IMG/VR virus record: IMGVR_UViG_3300030399_000348
Length of the DNA: 64,000 bases
DNA from: a virus
Reading direction: 5' to 3' (one strand)
The position numbers and the translations under genes were made by a program. The notes beneath the pieces are model-generated. The model did no database searches. It saw only the letters and a program-made list of their open reading frames with translations, and was not told the DNA's origin. This document shows positions 1-10,090 of this stretch, one piece after another (the stretch's first letter is position 1; the number at the start of each line of letters is the position of its first letter).

Positions 1-576
1 CACTCCCCAAGCATCGGTGTACAGATTAGAGAGCCCTGAATCAAGCTGATTGTTTCCGATAGCCATGGAGGGGTTAGATGTGGGTTCAGCCGTTTCGCCC
101 GAAGTCCCGCCATCGACAAGCTGTGCGACTACTATGAGTTCCCCCGAATTCGTTTCCATTACTTTCGTAGTAAGGGCGTTTCCCGCATTCGTTCCAGTTC
201 CCACGGCATACTTGTCGAGGGTTGCGGAGCTAACACCACTAAATTCATACAACCCCAAAAACTCGATGCCATTCGCTCCTGTACTCGCCGCAGCGGTCAC
301 GATTGTATTTCCTGTGGTCGCACTTGCCACGTACCACATCGTGATAGAGTAAGTGCTTTCACCCGAAGTAGTGGGAAGCTGGACTGAGCCCACCTTCGTG
401 TAGGTATTGCCGATGTTGTCCGATATCGTAGCGGTAGGGGTAGCTCCACTATTGCCTACCGCGACTGCGAAAGCGACCAGCATATTGCCTGTGGCGGGGT
501 GAGAGGCGTATGTTGCGGAGAGACTCGACGTAATCGGATCGATGTAGGCGACTGTGTTCTGTACTTTAGTTGGCAT
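1..576 (-). CDS. 5' part of a Thr/Ala/Gly-rich beta-strand virion/fibre-like protein (runs off left edge; missing from ORF track)
   Basis: ATG at 576 preceded by AGGGGG SD. No stop in this frame down to position 1. Starts MPTKVQNTVAYIDPITSSLSATYASHPATGNMLVAFAVAVG. Confidence 0.75.
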   Translation of the reverse strand, partial: MPTKVQNTVAYIDPITSSLSATYASHPATGNMLVAFAVAVGNSGATPTATISDNIGNTYTKVGSVQLPTTSGESTYSITMWYVASATTGNTIVTAAASTGANGIEFLGLYEFSGVSSATLDKYAVGTGTNAGNALTTKVMETNSGELIVVAQLVDGGTSGETAEPTSNPSMAIGNNQLDSGLSNLYTDAWGV

Positions 577-628
577 GAAACCCCCTATGGTTTAATACTG
601 TAATCAAGTTGCAAGATTTTGCAAATTT

Positions 629-1264
629 TCATCTTACTTCCAGCCCGTACACTGCGGGTTTCGGTTCAAAAAATAGTAATCCCTTTACTGCGGCCCACCG
701 TTTACGGACACACCAAGAGTTGAACTCGGGGGTTCGGTGTTTATGAGCCTCGGACATCTTCCTTCTTGTATTTAACGAAGCTTTTCTATCAACCGCCCAC
801 AGTCGAATTTTCTCTCTGGCTGCGTCAGATGGACGCCCCGGAATAAACGCTCCTTGCTTAAGAGCTAGGAATCCGTTTTTCTGTAAATTGCTACGTCCTT
901 CTGGGGTTTGAACACGCCGTTTGGCTGATGCGGACATATTGCGTTTAGCCTCATCGGACTTGTCCCTGTTAAGCCCCTTTTGGTTAATCCAATCGAACCC
1001 ACCCTTACCGCCTTTTCGCAAATTGTAACATAGCGGGTTGTCCCTATGCTGCTGGACGACCTCTTCTTCTTTATGGAAGGCGGATTCCGCATCTTCGAAG
1101 GTGAAAAGGATTTCTTTTTGAAAATTACTCACCCCGTATTTCGCTACCGCTCTACGAATCAACGTTCCCGAACCGAGGTAGGCATCATGGGGGTTACTGG
1201 TGCGATGAACACCGATGTAGTATCGATTCGTCACGGCATTCGTGATTTTATAGACTGTATACAT
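629..1264 (-). CDS. GIY-YIG homing endonuclease with NUMOD3-like basic tail
   Basis: YTVYKITN...YYIGVH...YLGSG motif, YNL..GG.GG, and RKMSEAHK-type repeats. Confidence 0.9.
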   Translation of the reverse strand: MYTVYKITNAVTNRYYIGVHRTSNPHDAYLGSGTLIRRAVAKYGVSNFQKEILFTFEDAESAFHKEEEVVQQHRDNPLCYNLRKGGKGGFDWINQKGLNRDKSDEAKRNMSASAKRRVQTPEGRSNLQKNGFLALKQGAFIPGRPSDAAREKIRLWAVDRKASLNTRRKMSEAHKHRTPEFNSWCVRKRWAAVKGLLFFEPKPAVYGLEVR

Positions 1265-1266
1265 GG

Positions 1267-2322
1267 CTAAAGAGTGATTTTCCCCGCGTTCTCGTCCTGA
1301 CCACCCTCAGGTTCTAATACGCCGTTTTCGTCGCTTTCCTCGGGCTCTTCGGGTTCAGGATCAGGAATATCCCCCTCGCTTAGAAGGTGCCAACGGTAAC
1401 GATTCTTCGGGATGGGGTAATTCAAATAGCGCAACGAGGCGATATTCGGACGCCCGGGGAATGGTCCGACGATCCGTCCGTCCATGAGCTTTACCAGCCA
1501 GTCGCCAACGTCTCCCGAGTAAAGAGCGGTATCCTTCCCCGCCGTAGCCGAGGGTCTGTAAATACGACCGTCGATTGTAATCGTGCCGGGGATGCCGTCT
1601 ACCGCGAGGTAACGCATCTCGTGCTCATTGTCCAGCGTGACCGCGTTGGTGAATTCTGCGGAGCCCTGCTTCTTGACCAAATTGAGCAGCTTGTTCTTGA
1701 ACTGTGGACCGAGTGGGAGCGTGCCCGAAGGCCGACCCACCTGATCGTATACCACAACGAACAGCGGCTTGGGCTGCGTCTTGAGCGAGCGACCCCTGTA
1801 CTGACGGATTACCCGAGCCACATCGCTTGTCGTGGCTTTCGGCGGTTTGTCCACTGAGAGATCGATCTTGCGATACTTCGGCGGACGCTTAATCGTCTTG
1901 CCTGCGGTGACCACGCGGTTCTGAGTTTCATTCACGAACGACTGCGGGAGGTTGAAAGTGCCCGCATACGTCTTGATGAAATCGTCCTCGGTCAACTCCC
2001 CCGTGGTCTTGTCAGTGTCCGTCTCTCTACTCATCCCTTTGTAACAGTTGAGCACCGTGCTGTACGTCTGGACGATCACTTCCTGCTGGTAATCCATCAC
2101 GAGCATGAAGTGAGCAACCTCATCGCAGAGGACGTGAATCGCTTCTGCCAAGAGTTCTGACATCGCCTTGGGCTGATTCTCCACCAGCGGCAAGGTCATG
2201 GAAAACACAGTAAAATTGGGAATTCCGAGGTCTAGATTCAGGGTCACACGAGGGTTCTGGTCACGAATGACGTTGAGTTCCAACACTCCTTGTGGCGGCG
2301 AAATGTATCCCGTTTTTTCCAT
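1267..2322 (-). CDS. hypothetical protein in virion operon
   Basis: 351-aa ORF tightly packed between neighbours, acidic C-terminus. Confidence 0.7.
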   Translation of the reverse strand: MEKTGYISPPQGVLELNVIRDQNPRVTLNLDLGIPNFTVFSMTLPLVENQPKAMSELLAEAIHVLCDEVAHFMLVMDYQQEVIVQTYSTVLNCYKGMSRETDTDKTTGELTEDDFIKTYAGTFNLPQSFVNETQNRVVTAGKTIKRPPKYRKIDLSVDKPPKATTSDVARVIRQYRGRSLKTQPKPLFVVVYDQVGRPSGTLPLGPQFKNKLLNLVKKQGSAEFTNAVTLDNEHEMRYLAVDGIPGTITIDGRIYRPSATAGKDTALYSGDVGDWLVKLMDGRIVGPFPGRPNIASLRYLNYPIPKNRYRWHLLSEGDIPDPEPEEPEESDENGVLEPEGGQDENAGKITL

Positions 2323-2325
2323 CTG

Positions 2326-5001
2326 TTAAGTCTCTTGGAAGATGAAGTATTGGTCGCCTCCGCTGACCTCCCACACTTGGTCGAGGCGAGGAGCGAGCAA
2401 GCCCATCTGATGCGTCTGATCCCAGTTGGCGACTTCACCAGTAACCACCAAGTTCACCTCGTTCGGCACTGTGGCGATGTTGGCTACAATCTCTATCCAG
2501 TTTGACGGAGGGCTGAGGACTGGTGTAACTCCGAGGTACGGCGGAAGCGAAGCTGGCGGTGACACGAGCAACTGATAATTTCCGTACTGGAGCGTCCATG
2601 CCGATTGAAGCAACGGAGCAACATTGCCAGAAGCAGTCTGCGGGGTCGATGCAATCACGTTGGGGTTTGGGATCGAGAACGTGGTACTCGTCACGTCATT
2701 GATCTTGGCGGTGCCGTTTAAGAGGTCGCGGGCAGGCGAGCCCACTAACGCGCAACCGCTGATGGTGACGAGTTCTCCCTCATGCAGTTGCAACTCGGGA
2801 GGAGAAAGAGGTGCCGTGCTGGAGAGCGCCGTGTACGTATACGTCGCATTGTCACCGTCCGAAACGACATTCGTAATTATGAAAGTGATCGCTGGCAATG
2901 CCGCCCACTGTGCGGGCGTGAGCTTCGGTCCCGTCGTAACCTTGGTGAGATTTGGATCGGGCGGCAGGGATAGCCTGTAGCCCCATGCCGCTAGTGTAGT
3001 CGTGGGCTCGACGCCAAACAGCGTGTTCTTCACTTCGTTATTCCACTCAACAAGCTCGGCTGGGGTGAGGATGCCTGCCATCGCAGATGCCCCTAAGACA
3101 GGGGCTTGAATCAGCATTGGAGCGAATGGCGGCTGTTCGATCTCACGAATGATGATGCGAAGCGTATCAGTGATACCCACAGGCACAGGCGAACACTTCT
3201 CAGGATTGAGCGGGCCCGACAGATAATCGGGGCAGCAATTGTTGACGTACTGCGCTTGATACAAGGTTTGGAACTGGGCTGACAACGCCTGATACTGGGC
3301 GATGGATATCGAGGTAGCTGGGAAGTACGCGACATTACCTATATCGGACGTGAGCGGGTAGTCGGTCACCGCCGCTGTACCAGAGTCAGCCGTGGACGGG
3401 TAGTCGGCTGGCGGGGAGCCATACGAGAACGTAGCCGTGAATCCGATAGGGGCAACTGGTGAACCGCCGTACAGGATAGTGTCCGCAATCACTGACTGCC
3501 CATTCAAGAAAGTCGCGTCAAGTAGACCCGAGAATTCGATGGTCATACCGGACTGGAAATTATTAGCGCACAATACGGTGAGCGTCGTTCCTTCGATCTG
3601 GACGTTGGTGACGTATGCGTTGCTCACGTAAGTCGCGGTGAACCCCGTGGGGCTCGCTGAGAGTACCGTCACCTGTTGTCCATTAAGGAACGCTGCGTTG
3701 CCCAGACCCACGAACTTGATCGTCTGCGGAGCAGGTGTAATTGGAAGCAGCGTGTTGTTCGCCGTCACTGTCAGCAAATTGTCCACAATCTGAACATCCG
3801 CGACGGCAGAAGAGATGTTCGTCCACGTGACGTTACCATCAACCGTGATGCCGCCAGCGGTAAGATTCCAGACTGGTCGCGTTGCTCCGCTCTCGCCATT
3901 GCCAGTGATCGCGGTGACCATCTGGAGATTGCCATTCGAGTCCGTAATGACGAGCCCCAGCCCGTTTGTTTGATTGGGGTTGACGAACGATGTGGTGGGT
4001 TTCCAGAACAGAATCGGGTTGATCGCCACGTAACCATTCAGGTTGTAGTACGCCTGCGATGTGGCTGTGAGGGTATTGTACTGCTGTTGCGTCACATACA
4101 TCGGACTTATCAGACAGTCCAAATCTTCGCCCTCACCGAAGACCGTGGTAAACTCAAGTCCCACGTGTGCGGCCTTCGCGAGGTCGATGGCTCCGTAAAG
4201 GCTTTGGATAATCGCCTGTAGCTGGATCAAACTGGTGAGGGACTGCAACGAATTGGTGCCGCCGACGTTAACGCTGACCTTGATCGCGTTCCGGTCGGAT
4301 TGGTCGTAGAAACCATCTCCGATGAACTGGTATAACTGTTCAACGACGATGTTGATGCCTGTATAGGCGAAGATCACGTCCTGAATTCCGACCGCCGTGG
4401 AGCCCATTCTATAAGCAGCAATCAGGTCCACGAGCATCGTTTTGAAATTGAGATCGAACTGCGTAGGGCTGGGCCAGTAAGCACTCACGTACAGCGGATC
4501 AGCCCAACGGCGGCGAATATCGGGCGGCGTCAAGTAGGACGGGACTTTGTTAATGAGATCGTAGGCGTAGAAGTATTCGAGCCGCGACAATTCCTGTGCA
4601 ATCGCTCGGAGACAGTTGCCCCATGTGCTCTGATCGTTGCGGGTCATGTAGAAATTTGCAACGGCTTGAATCAATGAGTTGAAACGTGCGTCTTCATAAG
4701 GAAGCAAGTTCTCTCGCGGCTGGAGGTACAACTGGTCCGGGGCTGGGGTCTGAACCATGTACACTGTCGCGTTGCCCGTCTCCGCGACCGGAGGCTGAGG
4801 ACCATTCACTGTAGGGTCGGCGAACACCAGAGAGGTGTCGGTCGTACCAGCTAGAAGAGTGACGAGTCGCCCGTTCAACCACCAGCCAGTGGTCAATCCC
4901 CACAATTGGACGACGTTGCCAACCGCGAACGTGCCCCCGCTGGTGACGGAGAGGGTGACAACGCTACCCGCTGTCTCGACAATGTTAGTTATTGTCGGCA
5001 T
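2326..5001 (-). CDS. baseplate wedge/tail-associated protein with repeated beta modules
   Basis: Follows the baseplate J-like gene. Helical segment (LIAAYRMGSTAVGIQDVIFAYTG...AKAAH) typical of wedge partners, plus repeated FLNGQ.VTV modules. Confidence 0.6.
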   Translation of the reverse strand: MPTITNIVETAGSVVTLSVTSGGTFAVGNVVQLWGLTTGWWLNGRLVTLLAGTTDTSLVFADPTVNGPQPPVAETGNATVYMVQTPAPDQLYLQPRENLLPYEDARFNSLIQAVANFYMTRNDQSTWGNCLRAIAQELSRLEYFYAYDLINKVPSYLTPPDIRRRWADPLYVSAYWPSPTQFDLNFKTMLVDLIAAYRMGSTAVGIQDVIFAYTGINIVVEQLYQFIGDGFYDQSDRNAIKVSVNVGGTNSLQSLTSLIQLQAIIQSLYGAIDLAKAAHVGLEFTTVFGEGEDLDCLISPMYVTQQQYNTLTATSQAYYNLNGYVAINPILFWKPTTSFVNPNQTNGLGLVITDSNGNLQMVTAITGNGESGATRPVWNLTAGGITVDGNVTWTNISSAVADVQIVDNLLTVTANNTLLPITPAPQTIKFVGLGNAAFLNGQQVTVLSASPTGFTATYVSNAYVTNVQIEGTTLTVLCANNFQSGMTIEFSGLLDATFLNGQSVIADTILYGGSPVAPIGFTATFSYGSPPADYPSTADSGTAAVTDYPLTSDIGNVAYFPATSISIAQYQALSAQFQTLYQAQYVNNCCPDYLSGPLNPEKCSPVPVGITDTLRIIIREIEQPPFAPMLIQAPVLGASAMAGILTPAELVEWNNEVKNTLFGVEPTTTLAAWGYRLSLPPDPNLTKVTTGPKLTPAQWAALPAITFIITNVVSDGDNATYTYTALSSTAPLSPPELQLHEGELVTISGCALVGSPARDLLNGTAKINDVTSTTFSIPNPNVIASTPQTASGNVAPLLQSAWTLQYGNYQLLVSPPASLPPYLGVTPVLSPPSNWIEIVANIATVPNEVNLVVTGEVANWDQTHQMGLLAPRLDQVWEVSGGDQYFIFQET

Positions 5002-8000
5002 TTATGATCCCGTCGTAGAGGTTGGCGTTACATAGTTGATGACAATGTTGCCTGTCGTCAGGTATTCGGTGGACGACACGGTGATGTCGCTTGCACCCGT
5101 CTCATCGTAAACCTGATAGGTAACAAAGTAGCTGTACAAACCGGGGTTGGTAACGTCCAACGGCACCACGATTGCGATCTTGCCGACGTAGGCCGAAGTC
5201 GTCGTACCGTTGATAGCATCGTTCTCACCGAAGATATAGAACGACCCGGGTACGGCGGTGCTGGCGAGATGCTGTGCCGCTGGGCTGTTTGCCAAGAAGT
5301 CTGCGACCGACGATGCTCGACGGAATAGCTGTCCTTGGTAGAACAGGTCAACTACTGCGTTGGCTTGCCCACCAGATGGAATGGTGGTGTCTGGCAGGAC
5401 ATCCAGCGATGTAATAAAGCTGTTTGCAGGCAAAGCACCAGCGCCCAATGGGGCGAACAGCGGGTCTTGAACCAATGGAATCCACACGGTATCCGTGGGG
5501 ATGACAACTCCGATATCATACGAACCATCGGCCTTTGCACAGCGGAGCAGTGGCAACGAAACGCTGGTGACACCTGTAATCGCCTGAACCTGACTGACGA
5601 GTTCCGACTGGTAAAGCGTACCCTGTGCGTTGTCGAGCACGATGCTGATAGCCGTGCGAATCTGGGGATCAACCACCTCAGTCGAAGCGTTCGCCTGAAG
5701 TGTAACGGTCATCGTGATGTCCACTGGGCTCGCGACCATCGCTTTGATAATCACGTCTGCCGCCGCAGATTTGGTGATTGCGATCTCGTTGGCGAGAACC
5801 TGCACGTAAGCGGGGTACTCGGTGCTGATCGTGAAATTTTCTGTAGCGAAATAAGAAACCGTAACGGTTCCCCCATCTGGGATGCCGCCCGTGCCGATAC
5901 GAGTCAATTCCCATGCATTCGTAACCGGGTCTTGGCTGAGCGTAAAGTCGATGTTCTCACGCATGACCAGATTGAACTGACCTTGGTTATAGGTGACTTT
6001 GATGTAGCGGTTGAGGTACGGAACTTGGGCACCCACCAAGGTCGTATACCCGATGGTAACGCCGTCCACTATGGCGGCCGATGCCGCAGCCGAACCCGTG
6101 ATATCCAACCCACCGTCCGTAGCGTTGTACAGACCGTCCCAGCCGTCGAGCGTGAGCGTGTGGTACTGATCTGGCGGGTAAATTGGTACACCCGGAGCAT
6201 AGCTCTCGGGCAACCAGATATTGTCCACGAAGCTGAAGGCGTTGTTTAACGGTGTCGGTATCACCCCGTTGAGGACCTGTTGCTCGCCTGTGATGAGGGA
6301 TGGACGCTCGTACACCGTAAATTGGTTGTACGTGACCACCACCTGCTCGAAGTTCTGGATGGCGGACCCAGTGACAAAGCCCGAATCTGGAGCCGACGCA
6401 TAATCTGCGCTCGAATAAGCCGCCGTAAATTGCGACGGGGAAGCTGTGGCGATGATAACGATTTGACCACTCAGGAATGTGGCGACCCCAAGCTGGCTTA
6501 AGGTGACACTCGCACCCTGACCAAAATTATTCGGAGTAGTTACCGTCAGCACGTCGCCTGAAATCTCGATGTTAGTGATCGGCGTTGAGGAGGTCAGCAG
6601 GTTCAATCCGTAGGTGTGGTAGGTGTCTAGTGGAACGATGGTGTAATCAACGCCCCAAGTGTAGGAGGTCGAAAGGTCGGTGCTCAACACCGACAAGATG
6701 TTCTGCGGCACGCCAGTGGCACTGAGCGGCACGTCCATGGCGATGTCGATAATGGCGGGGGTTGCCGTACTCGCCGTGATTGTCTTGGTAACGGGGGCAC
6801 TCGTTGTCGCCGATACGTTAACCTCATCTCCCGCCTCGTTCGAGCCTCCGAGCAACAGGAAATCTGAAGTGTGAATGAGTTCAACCAGATTGCTATTTAC
6901 AATCCCCGTCTCCCCGGTCTGACCCACAACCGAGTCTATGGAGATGATAGGCTGAAGCGGCGGGGTGTAAAGCAGCGACGACTGAAGTCGTGCGAATAGC
7001 CCGAAAGTATAGGAGCCCGAAGCACTCGCGAGAGCGGCAACGGCAACTTTGTTGGTCGCTGGAATACCGTTGATAAGCTGCGGAACCTTAGCCGTGGTAG
7101 CCCCCGAGCCTACATACTGATAGCACAGATCGTTCGGGTTGACAAAGACATTCCCGCCCACGTTATCGATTTGAGCGCGTTCAATGCCGAGGTAGAAAGT
7201 GCTCGATCCTCGGGTCACGGCAAGTTCTACGGCCGTGTAGATAGGGGAAGTCAGGGTGCTGAACGATGGAATGTTGAAACGGATCAACTGCGGATCGCTC
7301 AACGTGAGAGGCAGGTACGTCGGTAGGTTGCCATAGGTCCCCACGTTTCCGTATGTGAATGTGACGCTGTTGTTCTGCTGGGTAAGCGTCGTGCCCCGAG
7401 TGTAGATATCCACACAACCATAAACATGCTTCTGGCGGATTGGGTCCCAATCACGGATCATGTCCAGATCGCCAGCCGCCACGATGATAGCCGATATGAT
7501 ACCCGGCGTCTGTAGGGCAGCTACGAGGTAACCGTGGCGTGTGCTTGAGTCGATACCAGTAACGAGACGCGCTTGAATCAAAGCGGCAAACTGCGAGTTG
7601 GACTGTTGGTCGGAACCGTATTGAGCCGCCACGAGATTCGTAACGTTGATGCCCGCAGGAAGACCGTTTACAATCGAGCGAATCGTACCCGCACCGACGT
7701 TGCCTACGGAGCCTGCTGTGGTGCACTCCGCTGGTACGGTCACCGCCCACCAACCCTGCACCGCGTTGTAATAGGAGTTCAGGTTAGCGACGTTGAGCAC
7801 CGCCGACCCACGGGTGATGAAGTTCAAAGCGGGCGTGCTGGCATCTGCGATGGTTGCGACCGTCGCGTTTTCAGGAATCGTAATGCTCTGCGTGGGCTGT
7901 GTGTACGTGAAGAACGTCAGGATTGTGGTGGAGTCGGTCGCCCCGCCGCGAGTCAAACCAGCCTGCTCGCCGAGGATATTGAACTGGGTGTCGATCAGGG

Positions 8001-9294
8001 TTTGAGTGTTGCTGGCGTTCAAACCGTAGGCACGAGCGATCTGCTGTTTGTACGGGCTGGTGTTGAATGGATCAGATACTCCGTTGCCACTTGCATTGTC
8101 AATCTGGCTGATAGCCGAGATGGACGTGGAGCAGCGAGAGAACCACTCACGAACGCTCATGTTCGACAGTTCTACAGCGACCGGATCGACAATCGCGTCA
8201 CGAATTTCGGAACGCGGCGACAGGTCTAGGTTCGGCTGTTGTCGCAAAATTTGAGCTATGATTCGACCCGCGATGTCCTGCTGACGTTGGAGCACGGGGA
8301 AATCCGTGGGGCTGACTACCTGAAGATTCACGAACCCGCAAGTCAGAGGACCGTTCTGCTGAGATTCATAGATGGTGGTTGAGTTGGGGTTGGTCTCCTG
8401 AATGACCGTGGAGAACATCGCGTAAAACTCTGGGGCAGCGCCAAAGAACGACGAGGGCACATCCACCGTACTGTAATTCGTCGGCATCGTCGTCGAAGAG
8501 GTGGTGGTAACGGTCGTGTTGCCGACCGTGGATGTAGTCGTTTCAGAATCAATCACCGTGTTGACGGAGCTTGAAATGTCCTGCACCAGATCGCCGAATT
8601 GAACGAATGGCGGATTGATGCCTGCGGGGTCCGTCGAAAGCAGAACTCGCACCCCGACAAGGCTGATGTTCGGGGTTGTAAACGACGGAGTGACCCACTG
8701 AAGGGTGCAATCTGTCTGATCCTTGAATGCCTGAATACCAGATGGCGGGCCGAACTGGACGGCGAGGTTGCTCTGGAAAAAGATCAGCGAGAACTTGATG
8801 GTTGCGGAAACCGCAAGAGGTCCGAGGTTCGTCCACGTGATTATTGTGAGACCGCTGCCATCGGAAGTGGTTCCAGCCAATGCTAAATTCCACGTGGGCT
8901 GGTTTGCACCAGTCACGCCGCCGACTGTGGCGACCTGCACATTACCGTTGGGGTCAACGAAAGTGTATCCTGTTGGGATCGCGGTCAGGGAAGCCCACAC
9001 ACCGTAGGGATTGTAGTTTCGCCCGACGATCTGAATTGTGGTTTCTTCAACCGTAGGAACCAAAGGCACGCTAAAGGAGAACGTGTTTTGAGTCACCCCA
9101 TTGACCGTCGCGGAAGTAAATGTCGTCACCGCGTAGGTCGTGTTGTAGGCGGATATTTCAATACGAGTTGTATTCACGTCGGCGATAACCGTGACCGGGA
9201 GCACCGATGAGTCTACGGAGATCGTCTGAACGTTCGTGGGAAGTTGCGGCGTCACCAACGTAAGTGGGGTCAAGCTAGTGATCGGTGTAGGCAT
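5002..9294 (-). CDS. baseplate wedge protein (baseplate J / T4 gp6-like)
   Basis: DLSPRSEIRDAIVDP, ITIPENATVAT, VPAECTTAGSVGNVGAGTI, VTNLVAAQYGSDQQSNSQFAALI and GCVDIY segments match the Baseplate_J pattern. Confidence 0.85.
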   Translation of the reverse strand: MPTPITSLTPLTLVTPQLPTNVQTISVDSSVLPVTVIADVNTTRIEISAYNTTYAVTTFTSATVNGVTQNTFSFSVPLVPTVEETTIQIVGRNYNPYGVWASLTAIPTGYTFVDPNGNVQVATVGGVTGANQPTWNLALAGTTSDGSGLTIITWTNLGPLAVSATIKFSLIFFQSNLAVQFGPPSGIQAFKDQTDCTLQWVTPSFTTPNISLVGVRVLLSTDPAGINPPFVQFGDLVQDISSSVNTVIDSETTTSTVGNTTVTTTSSTTMPTNYSTVDVPSSFFGAAPEFYAMFSTVIQETNPNSTTIYESQQNGPLTCGFVNLQVVSPTDFPVLQRQQDIAGRIIAQILRQQPNLDLSPRSEIRDAIVDPVAVELSNMSVREWFSRCSTSISAISQIDNASGNGVSDPFNTSPYKQQIARAYGLNASNTQTLIDTQFNILGEQAGLTRGGATDSTTILTFFTYTQPTQSITIPENATVATIADASTPALNFITRGSAVLNVANLNSYYNAVQGWWAVTVPAECTTAGSVGNVGAGTIRSIVNGLPAGINVTNLVAAQYGSDQQSNSQFAALIQARLVTGIDSSTRHGYLVAALQTPGIISAIIVAAGDLDMIRDWDPIRQKHVYGCVDIYTRGTTLTQQNNSVTFTYGNVGTYGNLPTYLPLTLSDPQLIRFNIPSFSTLTSPIYTAVELAVTRGSSTFYLGIERAQIDNVGGNVFVNPNDLCYQYVGSGATTAKVPQLINGIPATNKVAVAALASASGSYTFGLFARLQSSLLYTPPLQPIISIDSVVGQTGETGIVNSNLVELIHTSDFLLLGGSNEAGDEVNVSATTSAPVTKTITASTATPAIIDIAMDVPLSATGVPQNILSVLSTDLSTSYTWGVDYTIVPLDTYHTYGLNLLTSSTPITNIEISGDVLTVTTPNNFGQGASVTLSQLGVATFLSGQIVIIATASPSQFTAAYSSADYASAPDSGFVTGSAIQNFEQVVVTYNQFTVYERPSLITGEQQVLNGVIPTPLNNAFSFVDNIWLPESYAPGVPIYPPDQYHTLTLDGWDGLYNATDGGLDITGSAAASAAIVDGVTIGYTTLVGAQVPYLNRYIKVTYNQGQFNLVMRENIDFTLSQDPVTNAWELTRIGTGGIPDGGTVTVSYFATENFTISTEYPAYVQVLANEIAITKSAAADVIIKAMVASPVDITMTVTLQANASTEVVDPQIRTAISIVLDNAQGTLYQSELVSQVQAITGVTSVSLPLLRCAKADGSYDIGVVIPTDTVWIPLVQDPLFAPLGAGALPANSFITSLDVLPDTTIPSGGQANAVVDLFYQGQLFRRASSVADFLANSPAAQHLASTAVPGSFYIFGENDAINGTTTSAYVGKIAIVVPLDVTNPGLYSYFVTYQVYDETGASDITVSSTEYLTTGNIVINYVTPTSTTGS

Positions 9295-10086
9295 TTAGTT
9301 TACCGCCATCTGGAACGACAGGGGAACTGACGTGCCGCTGAAAGTCGTAATCATGGCCGCAACCTGTATGGTTGTCGGATCGTCCGTGGCAACCTGTGCC
9401 GTCACGTATTGGATGTCTTTAATCATTTCCAGTGGGTCGAGCGTCTGAACCGTGTTCTGAGCCTGTTGCACCTGTTGCATCGTGTTCAAGGCGGTCTGCA
9501 CCGCATTCTGAATGTCGGTGTCTGTTAATTGAATACCCAATTTCTTGCCCACATAACTCTTAAGCGGGCAAACAAATGTGGGGTAGAAGGTGCACTGAGA
9601 GGTCAAAATCCACTTGAGCCCCTTCTGCGCCAGTTTCGTCTGCTGGGTGACGTGCAAAAAGCTCCCGTTGGCTGCATTTTTGAAATCGTTTAGGAAACCC
9701 ATTGCGCTACACTTCAGGCAGTACCCCTGTATGGTTAGGTACGACACCTCGATCAGCGGCACAACGAAACGAACGGGCTTAAGGAACTCTATTTTGTAGA
9801 ACACGTCGGTCGAGTTGACGGCATCGATTCGGTCAGGGTCGATAAGGAGTTGCCAGCCATACGTGGGGTCGTTCTGCTGAACCTCTTCTCCTGAAATCCA
9901 CATCTGAACCATGGCTTGACCGTTGATCGGAGCCCGCATGTTTAACGCGGTGTTCCCCGCGTAGTGCAACGTCTTAAAATCATTGAAATCCACGACATAC
10001 CGCTCGAAGCTCTGCTGATGGTCGCAGGCACCGATGGGCTGTTGCGTCGTCGGATCAATCACCAAAACGTTGTAGTCGAATGACAT
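9295..10086 (-). CDS. baseplate wedge subunit, gp25-like C-terminal domain
   Basis: Directly upstream of the J-like gene. KLAQKGLKWILT...DDPTTIQVAAMITT resembles gp25/GPW. Contains CxxC. Confidence 0.6.
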   Translation of the reverse strand: MSFDYNVLVIDPTTQQPIGACDHQQSFERYVVDFNDFKTLHYAGNTALNMRAPINGQAMVQMWISGEEVQQNDPTYGWQLLIDPDRIDAVNSTDVFYKIEFLKPVRFVVPLIEVSYLTIQGYCLKCSAMGFLNDFKNAANGSFLHVTQQTKLAQKGLKWILTSQCTFYPTFVCPLKSYVGKKLGIQLTDTDIQNAVQTALNTMQQVQQAQNTVQTLDPLEMIKDIQYVTAQVATDDPTTIQVAAMITTFSGTSVPLSFQMAVN

Positions 10087-10090
10087 AAAT